Origin: Octopus sinensis
Taxonomy: Eukaryota
NCBI RefSeq assembly: GCF_006345805.1
Contig: NW_021834201.1
Coordinates: forward strand, 1 to 50,712
Reading direction: 5' to 3'
Length of the DNA: 50,712 nucleotides
Every line of letters begins with the position of its first letter. Within the stretch, counting starts at the first letter, position 1. Below are positions 36,892-50,262 of this stretch, piece by piece. A program made the translations under genes and the position numbers. The notes under the pieces are model-generated. The model was not told the origin of the DNA and did no database searches. It was given only the letters and a program-made list of their open reading frames with translations.

Positions 36892-36985
36892 AGAGTTGGC
36901 GTTCCATAGCATGAGGTATTGGTACTGACAAATACATAAAAGGCTCATAAGTTACAGATACATGGCAACACTCAGAGCAGATCAC
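36892..36985 (-). CDS. USP exon 6 (not in the ORF track)
   Basis: VICSECCHVSVTYEPFMYLSVPIPHAMERQL; 94 nt, phase 0-1. Confidence 0.95.
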
Positions 36986-37311
36986 CTGAAGTTTAGAGAC
37001 ATCAGATTAAAGAAAACATTTTACTACATATATAACTGCGCAATTTAATATAAGAAATTATAATTTTCAATAAGATTGCTAAGATTAACTTTACCATTTA
37101 TTAATTTGGTATTGATAAATTATGAGCAGTAGTGTACTAATGTTAATTCAGTCAACTATAATCCATCATTGTAAAAGTTGGCTTTGCGTCTAGTCCAACA
37201 AGTATTTTAAGGTTTTCCTGGTCAGATTGGTACCATTATTCCCAGTATCTCAGGTTGGAGTGAATAGTTTCTTAAGTATGAAATAGTTTTATCAAGACCT
37301 AAGTATCATAC

Positions 37312-37687
37312 CAGACCTTCATCAACAAATGTCTCCAGCAGATCCTCCATCTGAAGTTGTTCGACAGAGTGCCAAACACCAACCTGTGGGAAAGGGCCAA
37401 CCAGGAGCTCATACATGTTTGGATTAGATGAAGGAAATGGAGATGGATCGGACACAGACCGCAGAAAGAATCCTCAAATGTGACACGACAAGCACTTAAC
37501 TGGAACCTGAAGGGGAAAAGGAAGCGAGGACATCCGAAGCAGACATGGAAGCAAAGCATTTTGGACGAGCTCAGGACCACCGGCCTGACATGGGAAGCAG
37601 CCAAGAAACACGCCAATGACCTCAAAAAGTGGAAAACAACTGTTGAGGCCCTGTGTCCCACAAGGAGCAAAAAGGATTAAGAAGAAG
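37312..37687 (+). mobile_element. 5'-truncated RTE LINE of a second family, (GAA)n tail
   Basis: RQALNWNLKGKRKRGHPKQTW; 11-bp TSD aagtatcatac at 37301-37311 and 37688-37698. Confidence 0.88.
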
Positions 37688-37949
37688 AAGTATCATACTG
37701 AAGTTGCGACACATTATTAGGTTCATTTGCTGAACAGTTAAAGGGTTTAATTTTGAGACCTAGGCTTATCATTCAAAATCTCATGCACAAATTTATGTAG
37801 ATGAATAATATAAAACACAATCATACAATGACTTAAGGAAAAATTGTAAAAATCAAGTAGCATAGGTAACTATGAATTTATTTCAACCAGGGTCCTCACA
37901 ATATGAAAAATAATTTGAAACCAAATTCCTAATTTGGTAACTTGTAATG

Positions 37950-39315
37950 GTTTTTGTGTTTCTTTTAAATAATTCAGAGTTATGAATTTCCTTGAGATAT
38001 CCAAGCAGAATGTTCCACTGCTGGAAGCAGATTTAAAGCATTCCCAGTTATGTGAACCAGTGAATGATGACAGTGCTTAGGAAGGATTTGAACAGGGAGA
38101 GCCTAATAGACAACTTAAGGTTCATAACTCTGCTAAACATGGACTTGAAGAATTTGGTGAAGGTGGTAAACATGCTGGTGCTTGTTGTCAGTCATGTACA
38201 AACTTTGCAATTACGGTCAAATCTATCACAACCTCCACTTCACGTGGTATATTGTAGAATAGATTTAGAATAGGTCTAGCTTCAATAGGACATTGATTAT
38301 TTTGGATACATCAAAAGCTTATGTCAGAAGAAGCCATCATTACTTAGTGGCTGTCCTACTACAATTTATAGTGGAATCTGTATGATTGTACAACTGAGCA
38401 ACTACCTCTTGGTAGTTTCATACCATGCATCAAGAGTATCACCTCTTTTTTTCTTTCGAATGCTTTTGGAGTGGAGCCATTTTCATGTGGCACATCTTTC
38501 TGCAGCTTAATGCCAAGTATGCACTGCCCTCTACCAGCTAGACAATGTGGACAGTGAAAAGTGAACACTTGCATTTCATAAAGTTTAGTGGAGAACATGA
38601 GCAATGATAATCTGGGATTGATTAGGGCATTGAAGAAAACAATCTGAGCAGTCTCTTTTGGAAGACTTTCAAATTGGGGATTGTAGATAATTTCCAAAAG
38701 TTCTCAGCCTGGCAGTGCTACAAGGGAACATTGCTTACTTGGGATATTTCACCACTGAAGCGACAGTGGTGAAACCTTTATGAGATGCATGTAATTTTCA
38801 GTTACTGTGACATGGTATATATGTGTGTGAAGATAGGTCTTGCTGCCTTTCTTTGACAAAAAAAAGAGGTTACTTTTCCTCTACTTGATGGCTATGACAT
38901 GGAAGACAAAGATAGAAAGGTTGAGGACTAGGCTCTTCCTCTCTATTTAAATTCTCATCAAGTACTGCTTGAAGAGGAAAATGCCCCTTAGTTGTGTATT
39001 TCATATAAGGTGGGTGACAGCAGTTGACTGATGGAGCTAAATTGGTCTACCCTGATAATGTGACTGTAAAGGACAGCTGGGAGAGGTTACTTTGTGAGCT
39101 TGATGTGGTAGAGCAATCTTGGACTTTGGTGGGTTTCCTCTCAAATTACACAATGTTTTCTCAAACAATAGGGAAGCCCTCTTTGTTAAAATTTTGTTAC
39201 CTAATGCTTTTTATTGATTTTCCCTTCTTTTTACTTGATCTAAAAGCTTGTTTTTCTTTTTTAGAGTCTTCGATATTTTTGGCCCTTGTGACCAATAAGG
39301 GAAATAATAATAATC
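37950..39315 (+). mobile_element. Highly degenerate L1/Tx1-like RT remnant
   Basis: NLRFITLLNMDLKNL resembles NYRPISLLNxDxK; LDTSKAY...HHYLVAVL resembles LDxxKAFDRVxHxYL. Boundaries uncertain. Confidence 0.5.
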
Positions 39316-39353
39316 ACCATTACCATTTACTATTATTACTGGGTTCTCTTTAG

Positions 39354-39572
39354 CCCTTTAGCATCCAGATTACTCTGTCAAGTGTTCTGCCCATTTATTC
39401 ACATCATTTTGAATAAATCATGCACTATCTTATAGCTTTGAGAACTCAATGTTGTGATTGTTTAGTTTTGGAATGACACTGTAGGGTTGGCGTGAGAGGC
39501 TGGATCTGGTCAGTTTGAACATAAAAAGGTAGAATATTTTGGCCAAATTTGGCTGGTTTAAATGCTAAAGGG
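39354..39572. mobile_element. piggyBac-type MITE
   Basis: ttag|CCCTTTAGCA...TGCTAAAGGG|TTAA; second copy at 43351-43569. Confidence 0.8.
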
Positions 39573-39750
39573 TTAACGTTTCAATTTAAAACACTGCCTA
39601 GTTTTCTTCTAAGTATGTAGGTAGCTTGAGAGCCTTACTTCAGTAATGTAACTGATTATACATTTGCAATAATGATATATTCCATCACTCCACCAAATTT
39701 TAAAACAGAAGGTAAAAATATGATAAAATAGTAACTTTAAGAGAACTTAC

Positions 39751-41373
39751 AGTATTTTTGAATTGTCCATGGAATGTACTGACCACAATACTGTTATTCT
39801 TGACTAAATGGCTTTCCCAAGAAAGATTAGCAGCATCTACATCAGCAGCAGTGAGGCCTTCTTTCAGCCTGCAATGTTCTGCCAGTGGTAAATTTCTGTT
39901 GATTTCATTAGAACTTTGATGTTTACTGGCCTGCTTTTCTTCCAGCCACTCAGAATCCTGTCTTTCTATGACTGACTCTTCTCCACCACTCATTGCTTCT
40001 TCTTCTTCATCATCCTCATCTCGCTCCTCTTCCTCTTCTTCTTCATCATCATCTTCTAAAGTCACAGAGCAGCTTGGTGTAGTCATTACTTCATCACTTC
40101 TCAATGTGCTTTGTTCCAAGTTAAACTTTTGAAGAGCTTGCCTCTTCATGTTTTTCTCATCAACATCTGACTCTATTTTGATTCTTTTTATATTGTTAAT
40201 ATTAGACCAATCTTCATAGGGAAGTCCCGATGTGCAAGGGTAGTTTTGGTGACACCTTGTTTTCTTATCAAGTCTAATATTAATGTCTTTTAGCTTTTCT
40301 ATGCCAGGGGCAAGCTCAGCTTTAGCAGCCTCAGCTCCAATGATTTGTTCTATATTGTTATCACAATTTTCAGGATTTCCCCGAATTCGATTATCAGATT
40401 TTATAAACTTTTCTGAATCAGTCTTGATTTGTTCCTCAGATTCTGAAGCTAGCATATTAGTATTGAGAGTTTTTGTTTCTTTGGCATAGAAATCCTCCAG
40501 ACTTGGTAGACATTTGAGACCAAGGGCTAGTGTTGTGGTTGACTCTCCATTAACATTAGTGCTGTCGACAAAAGATTGATCATTAAATTGCACAGCAGTT
40601 GGTTGAGAGCAAGGTTGCATTAAAGATTGGTTGTTACTTGCAAAATTGATTGCCCTTCTGTTGATGACAGTTGCTTCTTCACTGCTACTGTTGGCAGCGC
40701 AACGCAATGGCTGTGTTGAGGAGCTAACACGACTCTCAACTGTAAGCATTTTATTAGTGTCTTTGTTAGGAGACCTTTCAAAGTTGCGTAATGAAGAGAT
40801 TTGCGCTTTACCTTTGTCAGTACTGAGTTCACTACAAACAGAGGTTACCTCAGTACTGCAACTACTAGCTACTAGTTCTTGTTCATGACTAGTATTACTG
40901 TGGTTGATGGTTAGTGAAGCTGAGTTGGTATTGTTACTCTCCGTGTACAACTGGTTTTCAGTGAAATGAAATGGTTTCTTCAGGCTGCTATTACAGTTTT
41001 GATAAATGATAGTGTTACCCATGGACAGTTTTGTTGGGTTTTTTGATAATGAATTGCACTCGGTTGTTCGATGTATATCTATCTGAGAACTTGATACATG
41101 GCTGTTGTTCTGGTTTTGAAGCTGTAATCCTGATGACAATACTTTAGTTCCTTCAGCAGTACTTTGACATGATGAAGGCACTGTTGAAGAAAAAGATGAG
41201 AGGGCTACTACACTTGATGTAACGGCATCATCAACAAGTGGATAGCCTTGTGGTTTAACAAAATCAGAGGTAGGCAGTGGATTTTGAAAAATATTCCTGT
41301 TGTTACAGCACACATTATTTAGTGATTCATGAAGATTATCTAAAAGCAATGTAACAAATTCTTGGCAGTCATG
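39751..41373 (-). CDS. USP exon 5 (1623 nt; QHD box, large low-complexity insert, STFHGQFKNT)
   Basis: tctatttcag|CATGACTGCCAA...AATACT|gtaagt; 541 codons, phase 0-0. Confidence 0.95.
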
Positions 41374-43350
41374 CTGAAATAGAAAGAAAACCAAAACTTC
41401 ATTAGTTAACATAAAATATAAAAATTAACAGAAGCATATTGATGATATTCCATAAACAATAAGGAAATTTAGCTCAGTGGGTCTCAAAAAACAATTTTTT
41501 TCCTTTATCATAGACAATGTTATACTTTAGGTTTGTCATTTCATTAAAGCTTTCACATAAATATTATGCTTTACAGAGACATAACATTAATTCATCAACC
41601 ACACTTCATTATAGACATAAATAACCTCAAGATGTTATATATGTGTACATCAGTGTCTCTCTCTCCTCCCACTACATATAAGAAATATTTTAACTTGATG
41701 ATTCCATTGTTAGTACATTGTAGTAACAGTGTTCAATGCATGGGATAAAATTGAATTTATTTTGATAATACTGGTATTTCCTAGTATATTTTGCATGCAT
41801 ACTCTAAGATGTGTATTAGAATTCATTATTATTGTTATGGTTCTGCTTTGTGCATCAATCATTGTGTTACTGTAATGTAAAGATAACATAAAATATGCAG
41901 TGAATAGTATCAGTTGAGCTTCTATGAAAAAAAAAAACAAAAAAAACAACATAAAAGCCCTTCTTCCCACCAAAAAAGAAGAAAAACAAACATACAAGAT
42001 TGGATGAATATAGCAGTTTTCACCTTTGTTGTTCATACCCAAGTTGTTTTCAAAAAGCATCTTCACATTAAAGAATATCATAGCTATCACTTACAGGAAA
42101 AGATTTGTTGACAAAAGTAAGAACAATATCTCTCATAGGGACAGCCTGCCAGAATGTGTAACATTTGCACAAGGTGCAGCTTATTTGGAATGAATCTGAA
42201 ACCATATGGTTGGGAAGCAAACTTTTTAACTACACAGCCAAGTCAGCACCTTACACATATATCTAAAATTACACAGACGCACAAGGACATGCATACTCAT
42301 CATTAACGAGTTCATTTCATAACCACACAGTTCCAAGATCAATTTTGCTGCTTGCCACCATAGGCAAGTGCCTTCTACTGTGAAGTCAGTATGACCATTA
42401 CATTGTGAATGAAATTTGGTACGTGCATGTGGGTACATGTGTGTGTGTGTTCCTCAGTTCATATTGTCAATTACTTCCACATGTCACTGTGCAAGATGAT
42501 ATGTAAATCAAAGGAGATATTTTTTAGATGATGATAATCATTATCATTTTTAACACCTGTCTTCCATGATGGTCTGGGTTGGATGGCTTGACAGGATCTG
42601 ATGAATTAAAGAACTGCACCATGCTCTAATTAATTTGCTTTTGCATGATTTCTAAGGCTGGATGTCTTTCCTAGCACTCAGCAATTTACAGAGTACTTTT
42701 TTTCAAAGTACCAGCACCAGTGAGGTCACCATGTAATTCACAAGAGTAAAGAGTACCTCTTTGATGGAGTGGGAGTAAAGTAAGAGAAGGAAAGAACTTT
42801 ATGCTAAGTGTTGAAATGTTAAAGTATCACCAAAGGTACAGGAACTCATTTCATACTGTAGAAGAGACACATGGCTGCATCACATTATATTAGGATGGGA
42901 GTAATTGGGGAGGAGCTGGAAAAAGAGAGAAAAATGGTGGTGGCGACGTGTCAGTGAGTACTCTTAAAGTACAAGGAGATGAGCAGATGAACAAGATGGT
43001 TGCAAGAATGTATAGGGAGAGTGAAAGACAGTTAGGGATAGGTATGAATGTAGGGAATGATGTACAGGGGTGGTAGAGTTTTTAAATATATTTATAAATT
43101 AAGAAAAAATTAAATAATTATTTATTGAAATTAGGAAAAAAAAATTGATTATCATGTGTGTGAGCGCCTGTGTTTATGTTTACACTAGTATAAGAACCAT
43201 TGTTGTTAATGTTCTGTTCCTATATGTCCCATAACTTAGCAGGTGGACAAATGGGAATTAATCAAATAAGTATTCAATGATAGACTACTGATTGATAGAT
43301 AAAAGATTGTTACTTTTGGGACATTTGAATAATTTATCAAATAAGTTTAA

Positions 43351-43569
43351 CTTTTTAGCATTCACATTATTCTGTCAAAAGCAATGCTTATTTATTCAAA
43401 TCATTTGCAATTAATCATGCCTTATCTGGTAGCTTCAGGATTTCAATGGTGTGTTTGTACATTTTTAGAATGACACTGTAGGGTAGGTGTGAGAGGTTGG
43501 AACTGGTCATTTTTAATATAAAGCAGGTAGAATATTTGGGCTGATATGGCCAGATTAAATGCTAAAGGA
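43351..43569. mobile_element. piggyBac-type MITE, second copy
   Basis: TTAA flanks; homologous to 39354-39572. Confidence 0.75.
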
Positions 43570-43727
43570 TTAAACAGTTTCTAGATCTGTAAATACTGCT
43601 TAAAGAACATGGGACATTAGTGGGAAGATTGTAAAGTATTATTTTTTGATATCTTATTAAACTAAAGAAATGAAAAACTGCTTCAACAAATAGAATAAGG
43701 TACAGAAAAATGCAATAGTAAACATAC

Positions 43728-43999
43728 CTGTCTGAAATCTTGGAATTGAGGATAATACATTCCAAGTGTATTTTTGAAGTCCAAAGGATGGATAAGTGAA
43801 AAATGTCCACTCCATACTTTCCTAACTAACTGACAAAATTTCCCAGTAAGTGTATCTTTGGTTAGATCATCAAACACAAATTGTTCATGGAAATATTTAA
43901 CAAGATGCATATTGCAAAATAAACATTGAAGTCCTGCATTCATGAAACAAGTGTTTCCCAAGTTATAAAAACCACAACATCCATTTGAAGCTGAAGGGC
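43728..43999 (-). CDS. USP exon 4 (Cys box)
   Basis: GCCGFYNLGNTCFMNAGLQCL...PQFQDFRQ; 272 nt, phase 1-0. Confidence 0.96.
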
Positions 44000-45678
44000 C
44001 TAAATGTAGAAAAAATGTTAAATGATAAATATCAAAAACTACATACACACAAACATCTAAAATATACAATCAGAACAGACAAAATTTCTAAGTCATAAAC
44101 ATTTAAAAAACAAAAAGGAAAAAGACAAGAGAGATTTCCTTTTGTGCACTCAAAAATAGTTTCTGTTCTTATCAGTTAACGATTTTTTGATAGATATTAT
44201 TATTACATTGTCGAGATCAACTTTCCATTTCAGCCCTTTGGGGGTCGATAAATTAAGTATCAGTTAAGTCCTGGGATCGATGTGATCGACTTACTCCCTC
44301 CCCACAATTTTCAGGCCTTGTGCCTATAGTAGAAAGGATTATTATTATTATTATTGTCATTATTATGGTCTTTCAATAGAGAAACTTCTGATGAACTGAA
44401 TCCAAAGACTTTCTATTCATTTCAGTTATGTCTGTCAGTCTCAATGCTTTAGATAAATGTTTGAGCATCATTTAAAATTTCTTGTTGCTGAAAAATCCTT
44501 CAGTATTTTGTGTATGTTAGAAATGATTATAATAACACATCCTTTTAAATTTGATGATGAGGCTGATGTCTAAGAAATTATTTAGCATCACCATCAAAGA
44601 GCTTTAAGGCTTTAGTCAAAAATAATGATAAACTATCAGCTACAGTATGTGTAGTAGTTACTAGTAATTTGCTGAGGCAACTGGATTATAGAAACAATTA
44701 GAGGAGGTCAGCAGCTTGTATTCTGTTACCATAGTAAAGACTTATCTCTTAAATGGCTAAATCTACCTCAAAGTAAATGGATATGGTGGGTTAAATACAA
44801 AAGTACTGTGAAAGTGACAAGTACTTTGCTAGCTTGCAATTGTGCAATCAAATTACCCTAGAGGGCCTTGAAAAGGTAGTGAGAGATAAAAGCTACTCTA
44901 GTATTTGGACTTAGACCCAAGCCACAATGATCTTAATCCACCTTACTATTTGGTTAAGTTTATGTACTCATGTTAAAACTCATGTGCAGGTAAATGACCA
45001 CTAAGGTACTACATTACAAAAGCTTTTACTATAAAACAACTGCTTTAGATATTTGATAACCTATTCTGTTGATGTCTTCTTCATCAAGGAACTCAAAGTA
45101 AATTTTGAATTATAGAATGCTTGATAAATAAATTGAATGACAAAATAAACTGTATTAAAAATATGAAATTATATACATACAGGGTATAAGTATAATAAAA
45201 TAATATAAAAATATAAGTAAAATAAAACCTCCACAAAGCTGAAGAAACATCACAAAATTCAATAAATATTTTAACATTAATAATTGTGAAATGCTCTATA
45301 TACTAACAAAAGTGTACGGAAAGAAATTGTCAGGAAGACTATGACTCTCAGAACTTTTCTGTTAAAAATAAAGTGATTATATCATGTAACATTACAGGCT
45401 GCCTTTAATGAACATAGCTATGTATGGACAATACCACTGCTGGTAACACAAGTATAGAAGGAACATGAAGTTGTTGAAGAATGGACAGATGGCTGATGAA
45501 TGGGGCAAAGGTTTTACAAAATGAAAACATTTAATAAAATTGCTGTTTCTTTAGCATAGTGAAGATTTTCAACATTTTTCAATAGCAATACTTCAGTAAT
45601 TGCAGAGTATTTTATGTAAATTATGAATTTCTAATTTGCAAGTTGAAAGCAACTTGTAGATTACTAATAAATACTTAC

Positions 45679-45735
45679 TTTCAATATCTTTTGGATTTCG
45701 GTGCAGAGGTCCAATTGAAGGTAGCAACTCAAAGT
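45679..45735 (-). CDS. USP exon 3
   Basis: acattttcag|ACTTTGAG...GAAA|gtaagt; FELLPSIGPLHRNPKDIE; 57 nt, phase 1-1. Confidence 0.8.
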
Positions 45736-46421
45736 CTGAAAATGTTAAGAATATTGCAATGTATTTTTATAGTCAAAAAATATATAAGCCTAAGGATTAG
45801 TTAGTATAAAACATAGAGCTTATGAAGAGAACCTGCTTTGCCAATCCTTTGAGACTGGTGAGCTTAATGCTGTTAATATTCTGTTTTAAACTATCATAGC
45901 TAATCACTTACAGGAAAAACGAGCAGGAAAGAAATAGGTCAAAAACAAATTGAATTTTGTTGCTATTATAACCAGAAGGAAAATATGTTTAAAAGACTTC
46001 TAGTTTCAGATTTGTAAAAAAATTTTAATATATAACCTTTAAGGACTTTTTGGGGTATTACAATACCTATTAGAATATAAAGTCAGTATTATTACTAAAT
46101 TGCATATATTCCATACCTAGACACTAACCTAAAACTCAGATTAGAATATATATAAGTTAATATTGTTGCTATATAGAACATGTTCCTTACCTAAACACTA
46201 ACCACAATTCAACATCATAGCATACAAAAATTAGTGCTGTTGTTATAGTCATTATATATAAAAAGTCAAACTTCTTTTAAAGAATCTTTAGCATATATTT
46301 AAAGATTCTAAACATCACAAAACACACATCCTTGATACCCTGAATAATTAAATCACCATTACATTAAGCTGGACCCTAAATAATTTGATGTTGTATATAA
46401 CTTTCAATATTTTTTTTTTAC

Positions 46422-46496
46422 CTGATTTACTTGCCTCCTGGTCCAAACTTGGCATTTCATTGAATATATCAGAATTTTCAGCAGAGTCAAGATTCA
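46422..46496 (-). CDS. USP exon 2
   Basis: tttgtcttccag|TGAATC...TCAG|gtaaaa; 75 nt, phase 1-1, open. Confidence 0.78.
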
Positions 46497-46679
46497 CTGG
46501 AAGACAAAAAGGAATAAACAATGAAAATTACCAATTATAACAGCTGAGAAATTAAAGAAGGAATATTATGATATAGAAAAACACTAGCTTGTTAGGTACC
46601 TTATTGGCTTTATGTCCTTCAAATTTTGTACAAATACAGGAATGGAATGTAGAAAATAATTTAATATTAAAAAACGTAC

Positions 46680-46788
46680 CATCAAAAAGCAGATTCTGAG
46701 ATGAAATATGAACATTTTCTATGACATCATCAGTTACTTGTTTTCTAGAGCAACTGGGTACTTCAATGTCCATAACTACAGCAGGCAT
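46680..46788 (-). CDS. USP exon 1 (start codon)
   Basis: Acceptor AG at 46793-46794, in-frame TAA directly before the ATG, donor GATG|gtacgt. An upstream non-coding exon is implied but was not located. Confidence 0.75.
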
Positions 46789-47779
46789 TTATCTAACAAG
46801 AATGGAAACAAAAAATGAAAGTGGCAAAATAAACAGATGAGATAAACTGAATTTTTAAAAAACTTTTTCATTGATTTATATAATATTTCCACTATTTGCA
46901 TGGTTGAGAAAATGTGTCACCATAATTTTTTTTATGCTTGCTTTTTCCATGAGAGCATGGCTTAAGCAAGACTTTAAAGCAGTATTATATAGCTTGATAC
47001 CTTTTCTGATTCCGACTTGTATTTGTTTTTAGGTAAAGTATTTTACTCCAATGGTCTTTGCATATTGAACTGCTGAGCTGTGGGACATAAATGTCACCAC
47101 TACCCAAGATGTGGATGTGAAGATGCAGGGAGACAAACGCCAATGAACATATGCACACACACAAAGGAGGCAGCTTTCTTCTCTCAAATTACATTCACAA
47201 AGCACTGGATAATCCAAGGTTAGAGCAGAAGACACATGCCAAAGTGCCATGCAGTAGGATCAAATCTCAAAAATCCCTAACCACACACCCATACATGCCA
47301 GCATTGTGTGTGTGTATGTGGGTATTAGTAGTAAAACAAATGGAAGAAAAAAAATTCAACTCCATAAGGCAAGGAATTAATTTAATTTGGATGTTTGAAA
47401 CCAGGATGGTGACTATTGACAATTTTCTTGTAAAGGAATCACTTAAATCTTCAAACAACCATTATTCCAATATGGTAACCTGAAGAATTGGGTAATTTTC
47501 TCTACAAACACACACACATTTGTGTATTAGCATATATGCATGGAGTGAAAATACACAAAGCAGTCAATACACACACAGAATTCAAGAAATTGGACAAAAT
47601 AATGCAAAGGGTACTTTTCATTAAACTGATTTTTCTATAGGTAATATGACAAATTCAAAGTTTTTATTGTTTTTAATATATGTATTCATATGTACAAGGT
47701 ATTATGTATGCTTTATACATCATGATACAGGCCCATTTTTTTAAATGTAGATATTGATATTTAAGTAATAAGTTGAAAT

Positions 47780-48560
47780 GCATGATCTATCTAATTTCTA
47801 ATGAGGACAAATTGTTGGAACTACAAATGGCTGGAGCTGCAGTTACTAAAACTGCTGAATTACTTAATATTTTGAAAAGCATGGTCTCTAAAATAATGTT
47901 GACATTCCAAAACAAGCATAATTCTGGATAGAAGGCAAAGCTCAGAGAGAGGGATTGCAGAATAGTGAAATGTACTGTGTCTAAAAATCATTGAACTTTG
48001 GCAGCAAAAGTGACAGTAGGGCTAAATCACAACTTTGCCAAACATTTATAAACCAAAATCCTTCAGTGTGTGGGAGAGCTGCAACTGCTAAACCTCTCTT
48101 GTCCTCCGTCAACATAAGCAGTAAAAAGTGTCCTGACTATCAGAAGTAGTCACTGACTCAGTGGGACAATGTCATCTCTGATGAATCATCATTCACCCTT
48201 TTGCCCATTTCAGAGTGTGTTTATACCTGGTGACAGCTCAAAGAAGCCTTCAATCCTGACTGCTTGGCCCCTACCATGAAGTGTGGGTGGCTCTGTGATG
48301 ATTTGGGCAGCTATATCTCAGAATTCTCCAGGCCCTTTATTTGTTCTACATAGCAAAGTTAATGGCAAGAGCTATCTGACTATCTTGGCTGATCAGGTAC
48401 AAATATTGTCCCCTGATGGTAGTGCAATCTTTCAAGACAATAAAGTGTTGATTCACATGGCAAATGTTATTCAAAATTGGTAGGAAGAGCGCAAAAGTGA
48501 TGTAGAGGACTTGAATTGGCCACAACAACCACCAGATCTCAATGCAACCCTCTGCCATTG
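47780..48560 (+). mobile_element. Degenerate Tc1 transposase remnant related to 4209-5452
   Basis: SDESSFTL, GGSVMIWAAIS, FQDNKVLIH and WPQQPPDLN remnants. Confidence 0.75.
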
Positions 48561-49076
48561 TCACTGAAGGAACTAAAGTAGATTTTACTTGAAGAATGAT
48601 TCAAAATTAGCCTCTGAGTGTGTGTGATTAATAAGTTCACTTTCTAACCATGTAATTTCAGGTCTAGTCTTATTGCATGGAACCTTGGCCAAGTGTCTTC
48701 TACTGTAGCTACAAGCTAGTCATAGCTTTGAGTGGATTTGCTTGATGGGAACAGAAAGAAACCTATTGTGCATATGGTTGAACATGCATGCAGCTGTGTA
48801 TTTGTGCCTCTCTGATTTGACGTCATATGATTGTAAACAAGTGCCAACATCATACATTTGTTCTCAATCTTCCATGAAAACATTGGAAAATATTATCTTG
48901 GCATCTGGAAAGTGAGGGTCGGTAACAAGAAAAGCCATTTTGCTGTAGAAAATCTGCCACTTAAATCTATCTAACCCAGGAATGCACAGAAGTGAATGTG
49001 CATAACAATATAATTTTTATTAAAGCATTGCTACAAGTTTCAGCATGACATGTATTTTTAAAAGACTACCTCACCA

Positions 49077-50240
49077 CACAAAATAACGTCTGCTTTCAAT
49101 GCTAGCATGGGTTGGACAGTTCGACCGGGGTCTGGGAAGCCATGAGGCTGCACCAGGCTCCAAGCTGATCTGGCAGAGTTTCTAAAGCTGGATGCCCTTC
49201 CTAATGTCAACCACTCCGTGAGTGTAGTGGGTGCTTTTTTACGTACAACCAGCACAGGGGCCAGAGGAGGCTGGCAATGGCCACGATCGGTTAGTACATT
49301 TTATGTGCCATCAGCATGGATGCCAGTCAAGGCAGAACTGGCTTCCGTTACGTTCAGATGGTGCTTTTTACTGGCATGAGTATCACAACTACAATTTCCA
49401 TTTGATTTTTATTTTGATGTTGATGTACTTGACTCAATAGGTCTCCTCAAGCACAGCAGGTTGCCCAAAGATCCAAGGTAAGAACAGCAGGCTGTCCTGT
49501 GAGTCATGAACTCAATTCAATTGTTGGATCTTTGCAGTCACAGCATATCTCCAGAGGTCTTGGTCTTTTGTCATTGCTGTTGTGAGGCCCAACGTTCAAC
49601 GGTAATACTTGACCACCTCATTCCATTTCTTTCTGGGTCTACCTCTACCCCTGATTCCTTCAACTGTTTGAGAGTGGCACTTCTTCACACATCTCTCCTA
49701 ATCCATCCGTAGTACATGACCATACCAACGCAAATGTTTCTCCTGCATGCCACATAGATGCTTCTTATGTCCAGTATTTCTCTCAGGGCATTGACGCTCT
49801 GTCGTGTGTGCACACTGACATTATACATTCAGCGGATCATGCTAGCTTAATTTCTTTCGAGCCTACGCATGTCCTCTGCAGTCACAGCCCACGTTTCACT
49901 GCTGTGAAGCATGGCAGTTTGCACACATGCATTGTACAATCTACCTTTCACTCTGAGCGTGAGACCCTTTGTCGCCAGTAGGGGAAGCAGCTTTCTAAAC
50001 ATTGCCCAGGCTATTCTTATTCTAGTGGTGACACTCTCTGAGCATCCACCCCCACTACTAACTTGGTCACTTAGGTAGCGGAAGCTATCAACTACTTCTA
50101 GTTTCTTCCCCTGGAGTGTGATGGAATCTGTTTTCTGAGTATCTGTGGTGTCTATTGCCCCTGTGCATCTGCCGCACACGAAGGCTGTCTTCTTGGTTAA
50201 TTTTCCTTTGATGTTGCTGCACCTCTTATGTGCAAAAACC
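49077..50240 (-). mobile_element. 5'-truncated RTE LINE related to 14830-18485
   Basis: CGRC...KLEVVDSFRYL...ETWAVTAEDMR plus the shared 3' tail at ~49077-49380. Confidence 0.88.
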
Positions 50241-50262
50241 TCCGTTTTGTGCTACACTGTTA

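Larger units (their letters stand above)
9920..46788 (-). other. Gene model: ubiquitin-specific protease (USP4/11/15/19/31/32/43-like group), 16 coding exons, 1444 aa
   Basis: GT-AG introns with matching phases; exons sum to 4335 nt; motifs GNTCFMN, QHDCQEF, CSEC...CPNC finger pair, LIIYLKRF, GHY, YYYND. Confidence 0.92.

Noticed and set aside
46552-46679. 3' part of the 78-aa ORF 46552-46788 as coding sequence
   Set aside because: Read-through past the exon 1 donor into intron.
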